Part shown: in pieces, positions 1 to 11,441 of the stretch
How positions within the stretch are numbered: position 1 is the stretch's first letter
Layout: every line of letters begins with the position of its first letter
Program-made: the position numbers and the translations under genes
Notes under the pieces: generated by a model
What the model was told of the DNA's origin: nothing
The model's input: the letters and a program-made list of their open reading frames with translations, nothing else
The model's database searches: none
Assembly: GCA_048128005.1 (NCBI GenBank)
Contig: JBEUKZ010000036.1
Coordinates: forward strand, 186,001 to 250,000
Direction of reading: 5' to 3'
DNA length: 64,000 bases
Source: Veleropilina oligotropha
Lineage: Eukaryota

Positions 1-1394
1 AAGTTTGATACATTGATTCATATTGTTTTAAAACGTAAAAGTATGCGCCTACGTTAGTCCCTTTGATCGGAAATGTTGTCCATTGTAAAGTGAAAGCAAT
101 TTTCGCATTCCGAGTGTATTTCGGTATTTATATATTTAATATAAAATTCGAGCTTATAATTTATTTCGTACATGCCTTGGGTCTGTGCACATATGGCGAC
201 TGCTAGGGAACAAACACATACGCGCAGTGATACAGCTGTGGATTTTCAAACATGTGCGACACGTTAAGCTTAGTAGTCTTTTTCAAAAAACCCAAATAAA
301 AATAAAAGCTTTAATGTGTTACCATTGGAAGAGTAGGTATACAGCAATTTTTTTGTTTCATTTTATAAACTTTGAAAGACAGACATTAGATCAAGAACTA
401 TATTTTATTGCGAAACGTTCAAATTGCGCAAGCTGGTTATTTCAGTCAAATGGTTTTGTAGCCTAGATGTGTATACAAGAAACAATTGGTCTGCCGCACA
501 AATAAAATGTTACCTATTTATCAGCTTGGCAATGACATCCTGTGGTCTCAATTGGATTATCAAGGACAATAACCATTGAAAATGACAATTAGCGCTGCAG
601 CGGGGTACTAAAGAACGACGTGCGATGCATGCGCACTTTGGCTTTCAAGTCGGGGAAACATTCAATTAATCCGTAAAAAGACAAAAAGTACATACGTACT
701 TTTTGGCTTTTTACGGATTAATCGAATGTTTCCCCGACTTGAAAGTCAAAGTGAGCATGCATCGCACGTCGTTCTTTAGTACCCCGCTGCAGTGCTAATT
801 GTTATTTTCAATGGTTATTGTCTTGTTAATAATCCAATTGAGACCACAGGATGTCATTGCCAAGCTGATAAATAGGTAACATTTTATTTGTGCGGCAGAC
901 CCATTGTTTTTTGTAAACACATCTTGGCTACAAAAACTATTTGACTGAAATAATAACCAGCTTGCGCAATTTTAACGTTCCGCAATAAAATATAGTTCTT
1001 GATCTAATGGCTGTCTTTCAAAGTTGATAAAATTAAACAAAAAATTTGCTGTATACCTACACTTCCAATAGTAACACATCAAAGCTTTTATTTTTATTTT
1101 GTTTTTGCAAAAGACTACTATACTAAGCTTAACGTGTCGCACATGTTTGGAAAATCCACAGCTGTATCACTGCGCGTATGAGTTTGTTCCGTAGCAGTCA
1201 CCATGTGCACAGACCCGAGGCATGTACGAAATAAATTATATGCTCAAATGTTAGATTAAATATATAAATACCGAAATAAACTCGGAATGCGAAAATTGCT
1301 TTCACTTTACAATGGACAACATTTCCGATCAAAGGGACTAACGTAGGCGCCTACTTTTACGTTTTAAAACAATATGAATCAATGTATCAAACTT
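1..1394. repeat. Giant near-perfect palindrome (foldback/MITE-like element), ~690-bp arms, 4-nt loop; left arm probably continues beyond the window
   Basis: 1-35 aagtttgatacattgattcatattgttttaaaacg is the reverse complement of 1360-1394. The centre is aaaaagtac-atac-gtacttttt at 683-704. The arms match throughout with scattered substitutions and small indels. Confidence 0.92.
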
Positions 1395-1841
1395 TGATGG
1401 CGGTCTGATTTTATTTCAATTCAATGGATGTTCAACGCTATTGTTACCGTCGACAGTTGAATAAAGAACACAAAAGGTATTTATAAGGCTAATTGTAAGA
1501 TTCGAATGAAATTTTAGCTATGACTAGGCTTAATTAATAGCCTAATATTGGACCAGTTATTTAATTTAAATGACGAAGGCTCTGCTGTTGTTGGATGAAC
1601 TAAACCAAATCGAACCCAAATGACAATATATATTTAATATATTGAAAGTACCATCACAACGCTTCCGTGAATTTCTATCTTTATCATTTATTTTCACATA
1701 ATTGAATCGATTTATACTGTAATCTTATATCCCTCGTGTTATTCCTTTCCTTGAGCAATGGCGCCGCGCACAGAATTATGGGACTGCGTGACGTCATCTG
1801 CAACCTATGTATTCCTCGTAAATGCGCTCTTTTCGTGACTG

Positions 1842-2527
1842 TGTAGCATGACTGATCAACCTCTATCACACGGTTCGGGCTACTTCTATAGCATATAAGA
1901 CCGGGTGGACGTGCTTTTCATACCTACTGTCGTATCGTGACACAAACACATTTCTACGTTTCATCAATTTAATATACAAACAGTTGACTCATTCAAACGT
2001 AATCTCAAGACCTATTTATTCAATGTTTAATGTCTGGACTCTGTATATATTATTTTATATCAATCCACATTATTTTATACTATCCAGCTTCCTCTTTTAC
2101 TTGTTGTTCATACTAAAGCATTTTAGAATTAATCTGATTTTACAATATGTTTTATTTATGATCGTCTTATATCTAATATTGATATCTAATATTTTAAAAT
2201 TATTTTATTTTATTTTTTTTTGGTTTTAATTGATATTGACTATTGTATTGTTGTTTCTAACTAGTATCGTAATTTTAACATATTGCTTTCATCTTAGCTA
2301 TAGTCTTTTATGTACAGAGCATTGAGACATATTGTTATATGCGCTTTAAAGAAATAAATTATTATTATTATTATTATTATTATCTTCACTACAATACATT
2401 TCACTGTCGGACGACTGGGGAAGACACACACGGAAGTCCCGCACTGAATAACCATTCACCGCTCGTTAGCCTATAATCTAAATATAGCATTACAGATATT
2501 CGCATTACATAAACGTTATATACTACA
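1842..2527 (-). repeat. 3' LTR of the Gypsy element (~276 bp once the L2 insertion is removed)
   Basis: On the minus strand it begins TGTAGTA at 2527, just after the polypurine tract aaaggggga (2531-2539), and ends catgCTACA at 1842 (TGTAG...CTACA termini). Rejoining 1973 to 2384 restores an ATTAAA signal on the minus strand. Confidence 0.75.
1974..2383 (+). mobile_element. Short 3' fragment of an L2-clade LINE inserted in the Gypsy LTR
   Basis: Encodes an ORF2 C-terminus IQTVDSFKRNLKTYLFNV*, followed by an AT-rich 3' UTR, an L2-type end (gagcattgag...atgcgcttta...aataaa) and a (TAT)n tail at about 2359-2383. Confidence 0.8.
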
Positions 2528-2732
2528 CTATCCCCCTTTGAGGATTGAACTCATTTCATTTATTCAAAATTAAAGTTATCTTGGAAGAACTGATTTCAGT
2601 GAAATAAACTTTAGAAGTTTAGAGTCCTTTGTTCATGATAATATTCACTGTAACATAAACTTGAATCTGAATTACTTTAAATTAATTCTCCGAAACTTTA
2701 ATGTCTTTTAGCTCATGATTTTAAAAATAATA

Positions 2733-4044
2733 TTAACGCATATCATAGTCTTGCAAATAAGACGGAGTCTTCACTGCTCTCACAGAAGACCTCAACGGTA
2801 CCACCGGTCTGGAATCGACCACTGGTTCAGTCACTTGCGAAGCCGCAGTTGAATTCGAAGTCACACTATGATCAATCAAATCCGACTGATTCTGCACATC
2901 ACGAGCGTTCGAATTACGAATGTTTACAAATTCAAAATCCTCAACCGTTTCCTTCGATACGTCTGATTCATGAGTTTCATATCGCCTCCGAATATGATCG
3001 ATATGACGTCGTACGATTTTACCGTTCACAAGTTCAATGTAATAAGAAAGCGGTCCTGTCTTTCGATCAATAACGCCTGGAACCTATGATCCAGTGCCAA
3101 GAAAGTTTTTGACATACACTGTAGTACCAGGTTCGAATGCCCTGGTACGCGCATGTTGGTTGTGTTGATTTGTTGGCTGTCTCTGCTTTTCAACAACATT
3201 TTTGTGAAGATCTGGTCGTATCACTATCAGATCCAGCCTTGTATGAATACGTCTTCCAAACAGTAATTCTGAAGGTGTTTGTCAAGTCGTTGTTTGGGGT
3301 GTAGTACGATAAGAAACAAGACATCTACTCGCTTTCATTTCGATACTTGATGGATTTCCTTGCATCTTCCTCATTGCCACTTTAAATGTCCGCACTGATC
3401 TTTCTGCGTGACCGTTCGATGAGGGGTGATAGGGAGATGCCTTGATGTATTTTAATTCCATTTTTAACTGTGAATTCCGCAAATTTTTCACTTGTAAAAC
3501 ATGTTCCATTATCCGAAACAAGTATATCTGGAATACCGTTAGTAGCGAATGTCTGACATAATTTCTCAATAGTCACTTCTGACGTAGATTAATTTGTAAC
3601 GTGCACTTCCAACCATTTTGAATATGCGTCATTGACTCAACCATGATGAGAAACATCTTGTTCTGAAAAGGTCCTGCATAGTCTAAGTGGATTCTACTCC
3701 ATGGGCGATCTGGCCAATCCCATGGATGCAATAGTGCCACTGGTGGTGATTTAGAATTTATCTGACAAGCGTTGCACTCGCGCACTACTTTCTCTAAATC
3801 TTCATCAAGCTTAGGCCCCCAAATGTAACTCTGTGCAAGTGATTTCATTCGTGAGCTACCAGAATGTCCAATATGTATTTCGTCTAACAACTTGTTTCGA
3901 CCGGGGTTGGGAACAATGACTCGATTCCCCCAAAGCAAACATCCGTTATGCACACTGAGTTCAACTTTCCTTGCGAAATATGGTCGAAATGATTCATCTG
4001 GTGACTTTTCAGGCCATCCTTTTAACATAAAGTCCATGACTTTT
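2733..4044 (-). pseudogene. pol: Gypsy integrase region, frameshifted
   Basis: HHCC-like IHIGH...CNAC motif, DYAGP, SDNG and AER catalytic motifs split over ORFs 3573-4070, 3382-3576 and 3282-3569. C-terminal RRHIDHIRR in 2733-3029. Confidence 0.9.
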
Positions 4045-6887
4045 AATAATGAGAGATTTATATAGCGCAAGATCAGGAAAAGGATTCTAGCACTTTGCGC
4101 TTTACAATGATTGAATCAGAACACTTAAACAGACAATGATAAACAATATACATTTACAAGACATACATATTTTATATCCGACTTGACACAATTAATGAAA
4201 AAGTTGTTAGATGCGAGATTTTCAGTTTAAGAGAAATGTTTCCGGAACAAGTGTGTTTTGAGAGATCTTTTGAAAGTTGCTTTGTCTTCGATGTAAGGAA
4301 TAACAACAGGAAGTGAGTTCCATTGGCTTGGAGCAGCAAACGAAAAACAACTTTCTCCGAGAGATTTCGTTTTCATGCCAGGAATGCAAAGAATACGAGT
4401 GTCTAAAGAAGAACGGAGAGACCTTGCTGGGGAATACACCGAGAGTAGATCTGACAGATATTGAGGTAGTGATTGATCGAAGTAAGCATGGCACAGAGTT
4501 GATAATTTATAATCTATTCTTGCCTGAACTGGAAGCCAGTGAAGAGAGTGGAGCAGGGGCATGACATTATCGTGCTTCCGAGCTTTTAGAATTAGTCTAG
4601 CGGCAGAGTTTTGAATCTTTTGAAGTTTTTCAATTATGTACTTTGGACAATTAGCCAAGAGAGAATTGCAATAGTCCAGTTTAGAGAGAACAAATGCACA
4701 TACAAATGTTTTAGTTGCTTCAGTTGATAGAAAGTGCCGGATACAACTCAGGCGACGAAGTTCGAGGAAAGCCGACTTACATATACTAGATACATGTTTG
4801 TCTAGGGAGCAATCGTCTGAGAACATGACGCCAAGATTTCTTACGGTAGTCGCAAAAATAATGTCAGAATCTCCAACTTGAATGGACGCTGGAAATGGAT
4901 CAGGAAGATGACATCGTTTTGTCTTAAATAATATGGCATCTGTTTTCTCATTATTCAGTTTAAGTTTGTTTCGTGTCATCCACAATTTCACATCACTAAT
5001 GCAGGTCTGCATGCCGTGGATTGTCGGATATATCATGTCCTTATGGCACGACTTAAGCAGTTGGGTGTCATCAGCAAACGACTGACTGTGAATGTTATGA
5101 CTCTTGATTAAATTTGATAGCGGCTTTGTATACAACACAAACAGCACAGGACCAAGAACAGATGCTTGTGGAACCCCGAAGCAGAGTGGCACAGACTTTG
5201 AGGAATGGTCGCCGACAAGGACAGTCTGTGTTCTGTCTGAGAGGTAGGACCGAAACCAAGCAAGAGCGGTGCCCGAAATTCCGTAATATGTTTGCAATCT
5301 ATTAAGGAGGATTGTGTGATCTATGGTATCGAATGCAGCAGATAGATCCGGGAGAGTCAGGACTGACACATCACGTCCATCCAGTGCTGACAGAATATCA
5401 TTGGCGACTTTAAGCAAAGCCGTCTCGGTACTGTGATATGGGCGATAAGCTGATTGCTCTGGACTGAGAAGGTTGTATGAGTTCAGGTACGTAAAGAGTT
5501 GTTTAAGGACAATTTTCTCGATAATCTTCGAGATAAAAGACAAGTTTGATACTGGTCGGTAATTTTTCAGGTTTTCTTGATCCAGTGAGGGTTTTTTAAG
5601 TTTAGGTTTTATTATGGCCTTTTTGTAGATGGAAGGGAAAATGCCATTAGATAAACTGTCGTTTACAATCTTTGAAATAGCTGGAAGCACAGTATCGAGA
5701 CAATCTTTGAACAATGGTGTTGGAGTAGGGTCAAGGATGCAAGTTGTTGATTTTGACGACATTATAATTTCTCTCAGTTCGGTTTCAGATATAGGCTGAA
5801 ACGTTAAGAACTCTGAGTGAGAGCAACCTTCGAAATCACCCGGTGAGGGTGTAGTTGATACTTGATTGTCTAGTTCAGTGCGAATGTCAGCTACTTTTCT
5901 AACAAAGAAGTCGCAAAATACGTCTGGAAGCTGTTGAAAAGAATAAATAGAAGGAAGAGGGGAGACTTTCTGAAAACCACATATCCGATTGCAGGCATTA
6001 AATAACTGCTTGCTGGAGGCACTGACAGATATTTCATTGCACCAGTATTTGGTCTTTGCATTGTGGACTAAGCTAATCACGATCTGCTTAGCAGCAGTAT
6101 AAATTTGTTTATGGATTTCTAGCCCAGATTTTAGCCATTGGCGCTCTGCTTGCCTTCTACGTCGTTTAACAGCACGAAGATCATCTTTAATATCTGAGAA
6201 CCATGGCGATGATTTGTCGGACCGCCTTTTCCGACGGGTAACAGGGGCATGACTGTCGATGGTGAGTTGAAGGGCGCAGAAGAGATTATCAGCAGATGCA
6301 GATGTGAACTGAGATAGTGCATTGGTCAAATCTGTTTTAAAAGCTGGTAGGTCAAGGTTACGTAAGCTGCGTGCATTTGTGTAAACAGGTTGTTCATTGA
6401 TAGTATCAACATCCAGAGTACAAAGAACACAGTAGTGATCCGAACACAAGGCTTGTGAAACCAATGTTGTTTGAAGAACGCCATCATCTGGTCTATGCAT
6501 TACCCAGTCAAGAATATGGCCTCTAACATGGGTGGGTTGGTAAACCGCTTGAGAAAAACTGAATATGTCAAGAATATCAATCACTCTTGCGGTGGTGGGA
6601 TTTGTCGGACGATCGTAGTGTATATTTATATCACCAAGAATAAATGGGATGGTATTTCTGCTGTTACAAACATCGAGAAGTTCATGTAAATCAGTGAGAA
6701 ACATTGCATCAGTCAATTTGTTTTTCTTGTTGGGTGGTGGGCGATAGATACAGAAGAACTGTAGGCAGACATGTGAAAAGGTGAGAGTAACCGATGCACA
6801 TTCGAAGGACGGATGTGAAAAGAGTAAGTCAGAAGTGAAAGAAATACGACTGGATAACTTAGTTCGATATATTACAGCAATTCCACG
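4045..6887 (-). mobile_element. 5'-truncated L2-clade LINE inserted between Gypsy RNase H and integrase
   Basis: The Gypsy frame reads ...WKDITLS | KVMDFMLKGW across the insert. The LINE 3' end gcgctatataaatctctcattatt abuts 4045. The LINE starts mid-endonuclease at RGIAVIYR. Confidence 0.92.
4227..6887 (-). CDS. LINE ORF2 (partial APE endonuclease plus reverse transcriptase), uninterrupted but missing its N-terminus
   Basis: IYRPP, LGDINIH, GHILDWV, SDHY (APE); NYRPVSNL, DLSAAFDT, GVPQASVLGP, FADDTQL (RT); LHWLPV...LKTHLF (L2 C-terminus). The first ~9 residues of the 895-aa ORF come from Gypsy sequence. Confidence 0.9.
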   Translation of the reverse strand, partial: RGIAVIYRTKLSSRISFTSDLLFSHPSFECASVTLTFSHVCLQFFCIYRPPPNKKNKLTDAMFLTDLHELLDVCNSRNTIPFILGDINIHYDRPTNPTTARVIDILDIFSFSQAVYQPTHVRGHILDWVMHRPDDGVLQTTLVSQALCSDHYCVLCTLDVDTINEQPVYTNARSLRNLDLPAFKTDLTNALSQFTSASADNLFCALQLTIDSHAPVTRRKRRSDKSSPWFSDIKDDLRAVKRRRRQAERQWLKSGLEIHKQIYTAAKQIVISLVHNAKTKYWCNEISVSASSKQLFNACNRICGFQKVSPLPSIYSFQQLPDVFCDFFVRKVADIRTELDNQVSTTPSPGDFEGCSHSEFLTFQPISETELREIIMSSKSTTCILDPTPTPLFKDCLDTVLPAISKIVNDSLSNGIFPSIYKKAIIKPKLKKPSLDQENLKNYRPVSNLSFISKIIEKIVLKQLFTYLNSYNLLSPEQSAYRPYHSTETALLKVANDILSALDGRDVSVLTLPDLSAAFDTIDHTILLNRLQTYYGISGTALAWFRSYLSDRTQTVLVGDHSSKSVPLCFGVPQASVLGPVLFVLYTKPLSNLIKSHNIHSQSFADDTQLLKSCHKDMIYPTIHGMQTCISDVKLWMTRNKLKLNNEKTDAILFKTKRCHLPDPFPASIQVGDSDIIFATTVRNLGVMFSDDCSLDKHVSSICKSAFLELRRLSCIRHFLSTEATKTFVCAFVLSKLDYCNSLLANCPKYIIEKLQKIQNSAARLILKARKHDNVMPLLHSLHWLPVQARIDYKLSTLCHAYFDQSLPQYLSDLLSVYSPARSLRSSLDTRILCIPGMKTKSLGESCFSFAAPSQWNSLPVVIPYIEDKATFKRSLKTHLFRKHFS

Positions 6888-7950
6888 GATAACGTTATAT
6901 CTTTCCATGTCCATGTTTTAACATAATTAGCGTTTACTGGGGTGGATGCCAAATGACTCGTCACCATGTGTATTTCTTCTGGGGTGGAAGATTCTGGTTC
7001 GCACACTTTCAATGGCAAACGACTTTAACCATCTGCATTCGCATTATCAGTGCCTGCTCTGTATTCAATACTGTAGTCGTACGCTGCTAATGTTAATGCT
7101 CATCGCTGAATTCGAGCAGGTGCCATCGACGCCACAGCTTTATCCGAACGAAATAGTCCGATTAATGGTTTGTGATCTGTTTTGATTTTTACGTGTATCC
7201 CGTAGATGTGCTGGTGAAATTTCTTCACTACGAAGACAATCGCCAATGCCTCCTTCTCTAATTGAGAATAGTTCTGTTCTGCGTTTGACAGAGTCTTAGA
7301 CACAAAACCAATAGATTTCTCATGTCCATCGATGACGTGACAGTACTGCACCAATGCCATATGGTGATGCATCTGTTGAGAGCACAAGTTCTTTCTCTGG
7401 ATCGAAATGAACTAAGAGATCTGACGATAATAAGAGTTCCTTGGATTTCGTAAATGCTTTTACTTGTTCCTTACCCCAGTGCCATTTCGATTCTTGGTGT
7501 AGCAACGAGTACAGAGGTCTAAGCAAGGTCGACAAGTTTGGTAAGAATCGATTGGAGTAGTTCAACATGCGTAGATACGATTGAAGCTCTTTTATGTTTG
7601 TTGGAGTGGAGGCTTTGGCCTCTATCTTGTCGGAAACTTGTTGGATACCTTCCTTCGTAACTTTGTATCCAAGATAAATTACGTCTGTTGCTAAGAAGGT
7701 ACATTTATCACGTCTCAAACGAATTTCTGCATCTGATAATCTTTGAAACACAGTTGCCAAGTTCTTCAGATGGTCATCGCGAGTCCTTCCAGTGACCAAA
7801 ATGTCATCAATTCTGACTAACATGTGTGGAATGCCTTGCAGAATATTTTCCATTGTTCGTTGGAAAATTCCAGTCACAGATGCGATACCGTAGGGGAGTC
7901 TGTTGTATTGAAACAGTCCTTATATGGGTGTTAATCGTAGTGTACTGCTA
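6888..7950 (-). pseudogene. pol: Gypsy RT C-terminal part and RNase H, with stops and frameshifts
   Basis: ORFs 7320-7877 and 7100-7387: FQRTMENIL, RIDDILV, TDASPYG, EKEALAIVF, TDHKPL. Confidence 0.9.
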
Positions 7951-9612
7951 TGTAACCCACACGAGCACCAGCAGGGTTGGTTCTAAGGGAGGCGACCCGA
8001 ATAATAGGAGAGAAGACCAGTGTAAAATTTAGACGACTCGTTTAATTCAGAGCGTAAGACAGAGAGGCAATTTACAAATGGGTTGACAAAGATTAAACAG
8101 GTTATGTGAGAAATAATCCCAAAGACTATGAATGTTACGACTAAGTAGCTCCATGATAATGTTCACAATTTCATTCTACCAACATTAATCCATGCTTCAT
8201 CTAATTCAATCATCTTCACATGTGTATGATAAGGGCACATAGACCCATCCTGATATCATATTGAACAAGTCAACAGCCACCAGAATGTTATCTCATATTT
8301 CAATACACAACCAAAATGTGATTGCAAACTAATAGTGTAATAAAACATTTGCAAGTTGTCTAGGGGATTTTGCTGAAATATTACACTCCATATATATCCC
8401 TTTATGTTAAATAATAAAAACTAAATATCATCTCGCGATTTATCAAAGTAATGTCACATAATAATGTATCGAACTATGATTTGTCATCGAGCACGGTTCG
8501 CATGAATATTTTATAGAATATCCACTAAGTCAAACAAAGTTACTTCCCTTTAACCACAATATCCAATAGTCAACACAGAGTTATCCTTCTACATGGCTTG
8601 CTTTGGATAAATTACAATATACACAATCATCCACTAGCTGCATCATTATTAACCAAGACAGCTTACTATTATTCATAGAATTATCATGATTCAAATAATC
8701 TCAACAACGAACAGACCATAGATATCACAAGACATGACTAAATGGAGCACATTGTGAGTGAACGTCATTCTATCAAGTTACCTCGCTGTAATATGATCAA
8801 TTGTTATCGAGTAATCCATTTATATGCTGATCAGCACGTAAATACATGACAAAACATTAATCGGTAAAATGTAAACAAACAACATGGGCGCTGCCATTTT
8901 GACTAGAGACTCATGGATCCATTCGCCCCAACTGTATTTCACGTTATCGACATAAAATCAACATTTGTCATTTTAGATTATTATAAAGTATTTCAGAATT
9001 CAGGAATCACATTGTATGTTCAATATATGCTTAAATATGACTAGTGACACACATAGTGACTGGTGAACATGTGCGTCTGGTGACCACGTGGCGGGAATCT
9101 CGAACTAAGATATCGGTCTCGGAACGTTTACACTAAAATGTCAATTACACGTACATCATTATGCATCTTTCCTGCACAATTCACATGAAACATAACATTT
9201 TCATCACATATGTATACACCATCTATGCGAATGTCATACGATATTATGCATTAAATACCTGAATAATAGGAGAGAAGACCAGTGTAAAATTTAGATGACT
9301 AGTTTAATTCAGAGCTTAAGACAGAGAAGGTTCTGGGAGTCACGTGACTGTTATCCCCAGTGCTTTGGCGGACATAGTTATTTCCCCTTCACTGCTATTT
9401 GCATGAAGATTGCAACTTGGATTCATGACAATAATATTATATATGGCAAATAATTACCTACTCATGAGCGATATATCACGAATCACGGCATTGCACATCT
9501 GTAGAGAATTATTCAGGATATTCACATACTATTTAAGCTATACTGTATATATAAAAAAATAGTACCCCCTTCTATAAATGCTTAAGAGTCTCAAAATCTC
9601 TTGACTGTCACA
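7951..9612. mobile_element. Solo-LTR-like insertion (TGT...ACA) splitting the Gypsy RT
   Basis: Termini TGTAAC...GTCACA with cta duplicated on both sides (7948-7950, 9613-9615). The RT frame DLHQAYQQIFLDEDS | QYTTINTH resumes across it. No ORF. Confidence 0.7.
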
Positions 9613-10330
9613 CTAAGAGTCTTCATCTAAGAATATTTGTTGATATGCCTGGTGCAAATCTAGTTTTGTGAATTCGCAACCACCATCGAGTTTTGCATAG
9701 AGATCGTCGACTTTTGGTATAGGGAAATTGTCTAGTTTCAAGACTTGGTTTAATAGTAATACTGTTAACTTTGTAGTCACTGCAGATCCTGACTGTGTTA
9801 TCCGACTTCAATATTGGCACTATCGGGGCTGCCCACTCGGAAAACGTCACAGGTTCGATATTGCCTTGAGCCACTAAACGATCCAACTCTTGTTCGATTT
9901 TGTCACGTAACGCATATGGTACGGGACGCGGTTTAAAATATCGTGGTTTGGCTTCTGAATCAACATGTATCTTAGCTGTTGTACCTCTCACTGCACCCAA
10001 TTCAGCTTTAAACAAGTCCTGATGCTTATTTAACAGTTCATCTAAATCGTTCTTGTCGGTGTGATTGATGCTTTTTATGTCTGACCAGTTCATGTTGAGC
10101 TCATTCAACCAGTCACGGCCTAACAGCAACAGACATGGGCCTGCTCCTTTAACAACAGTTAATGGGAGTCGTTTTGTTAGAGTACCATATTTGATCAATG
10201 CACTACATTTTCCTTTAACTGATATGTTCTCATCTTCACCGATTACTGACGTAGATGCTCCTGTGTCGATTTCCATTTCAACTTGGATAGCGTTGATCTC
10301 AACTGAAACGATATAGGGTTGTGGTTCCGT
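9613..10330 (-). pseudogene. pol: Gypsy aspartic protease and RT N-terminus
   Basis: MEIDTGASTSVI, LLGRDWL, PRPVPYAL, SEWAAPIVPILK, VRICSDYK in ORF 9623-10276. Confidence 0.9.
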
Positions 10331-10444
10331 CGGGAACGGTTTTCGCTATTATTATTTATTAAAAATACAGTAAAATGCATTGTAAATGCTTATGTAATAT
10401 AAATAGGCATTTGTTTATATGTACCAGTTAACGTTTGATAATTA

Positions 10445-10663
10445 TATCTATATCAAATATACTTACGTCCTTACTAATGCCATAATAAGCCTATTATCGC
10501 TAAATCCGGACAAGGTGGAAATGGTAATTTTCGCACTTTTAGTAAATTTAACCCAGTTGACCCACTGACCTGCTCGACCTCCTCAAGTTCATGCCTTATA
10601 AAGAGCTCGCCAACTCCCGCGAGATCCCCGTGACCCAAAGGTCATGACCTCATCCGAAGTTTT
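10445..10663 (+). repeat. DIRS-A left ITR
   Basis: Reverse complement of the right ITR starting at 17567, with one substitution and a 6-bp insertion in the right copy. Confidence 0.93.
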
Positions 10664-11441
10664 CCGCCATCTTGAGACAGTCGCGTTTTTCTTTTGCTCC
10701 ATCATTTGATGTGAATTCGATCTTTTTTAGAGCCAGATTTATTAATCATTAAGCTCATAAGATCGAGTGTAGTGTGTTAAACACGTGTAGTGGAAAATTG
10801 GAGAGTTTTCCTCCTGAATAAGCCCTTGGAAGTTTTCCTGTCGAGTACAGACAAAAACCGGAAATCAACACCCTCCACTGACGACGCCATCTTGAAATTC
10901 TGAAAAGAAAATAAGGGATATTTAAAGAAGGAAGCTCCAATTGCTAAGGAGTCAGGAGAGAGTTGTGTTATTGATATTGCTTGAATTTGTATATACAATT
11001 CATTTATATATATGAGATAATTTCCTCAACGACTTGTTTCTTGCTATAAATTTATGTAATCAAATTTATCGTGGTTGAAAAGCAGATTGTTTAGAATTTA
11101 ACTAGCGTTATTTTGGTAAATCTGCTAAGTCGGGGATAACGCCGAATTCTGACAAATTGATATATATACATCCAAGAGGTTTTTAGGTGTGAAGGGCGGT
11201 TTCTTGTAAAAGAAAGACCTCCCGTTTCCCAATTCGTTGGCCGACTTGTGTTAAAAAGTTTATCAAAGTCTGTGTTTTGGGCGTATAATCCGCCGGAGGT
11301 ATTAAGCGTATTTCAGCCTTTTCCAACTCTCGGATCAGGTACAATCGAGGTTGTAACTTGTAGTAGTATTTTGGTAAACTACCCGTAGAAATACCCTTAT
11401 CACTTCATACCCCTATCTCCTACCTACCCGTGTACGTAGCT

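Larger units (their letters stand above)
1842..10330 (-). mobile_element. Decayed Ty3/Gypsy LTR retrotransposon (K02A2.6/Mag-like pol), 5'-truncated (gag and 5' LTR missing), interrupted by three insertions
   Basis: Minus-strand fragments occur in PR-RT-RH-IN order: EIDTGAS protease; WAAPIVPILK, LPYGIAS and IDDILV (RT); TDASPYGIGAVL and YSQLEKEALA (RNase H); PWSRIHLDYAGP, SDNGTCFTS and PYHPSSNGHAER (integrase). These are followed by a PPT and a 3' LTR. Confidence 0.93.

Noticed and set aside
185..2229. Short ORFs at 185, 1684 and 1984, and similar 60-90 aa ORFs in AT-rich repeats
   Set aside because: They lie in palindrome, UTR or satellite sequence, have biased composition and show no motifs.
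6888..6914. Met start of the 895-aa LINE ORF
   Set aside because: These codons belong to the flanking Gypsy sequence; the LINE is 5'-truncated.
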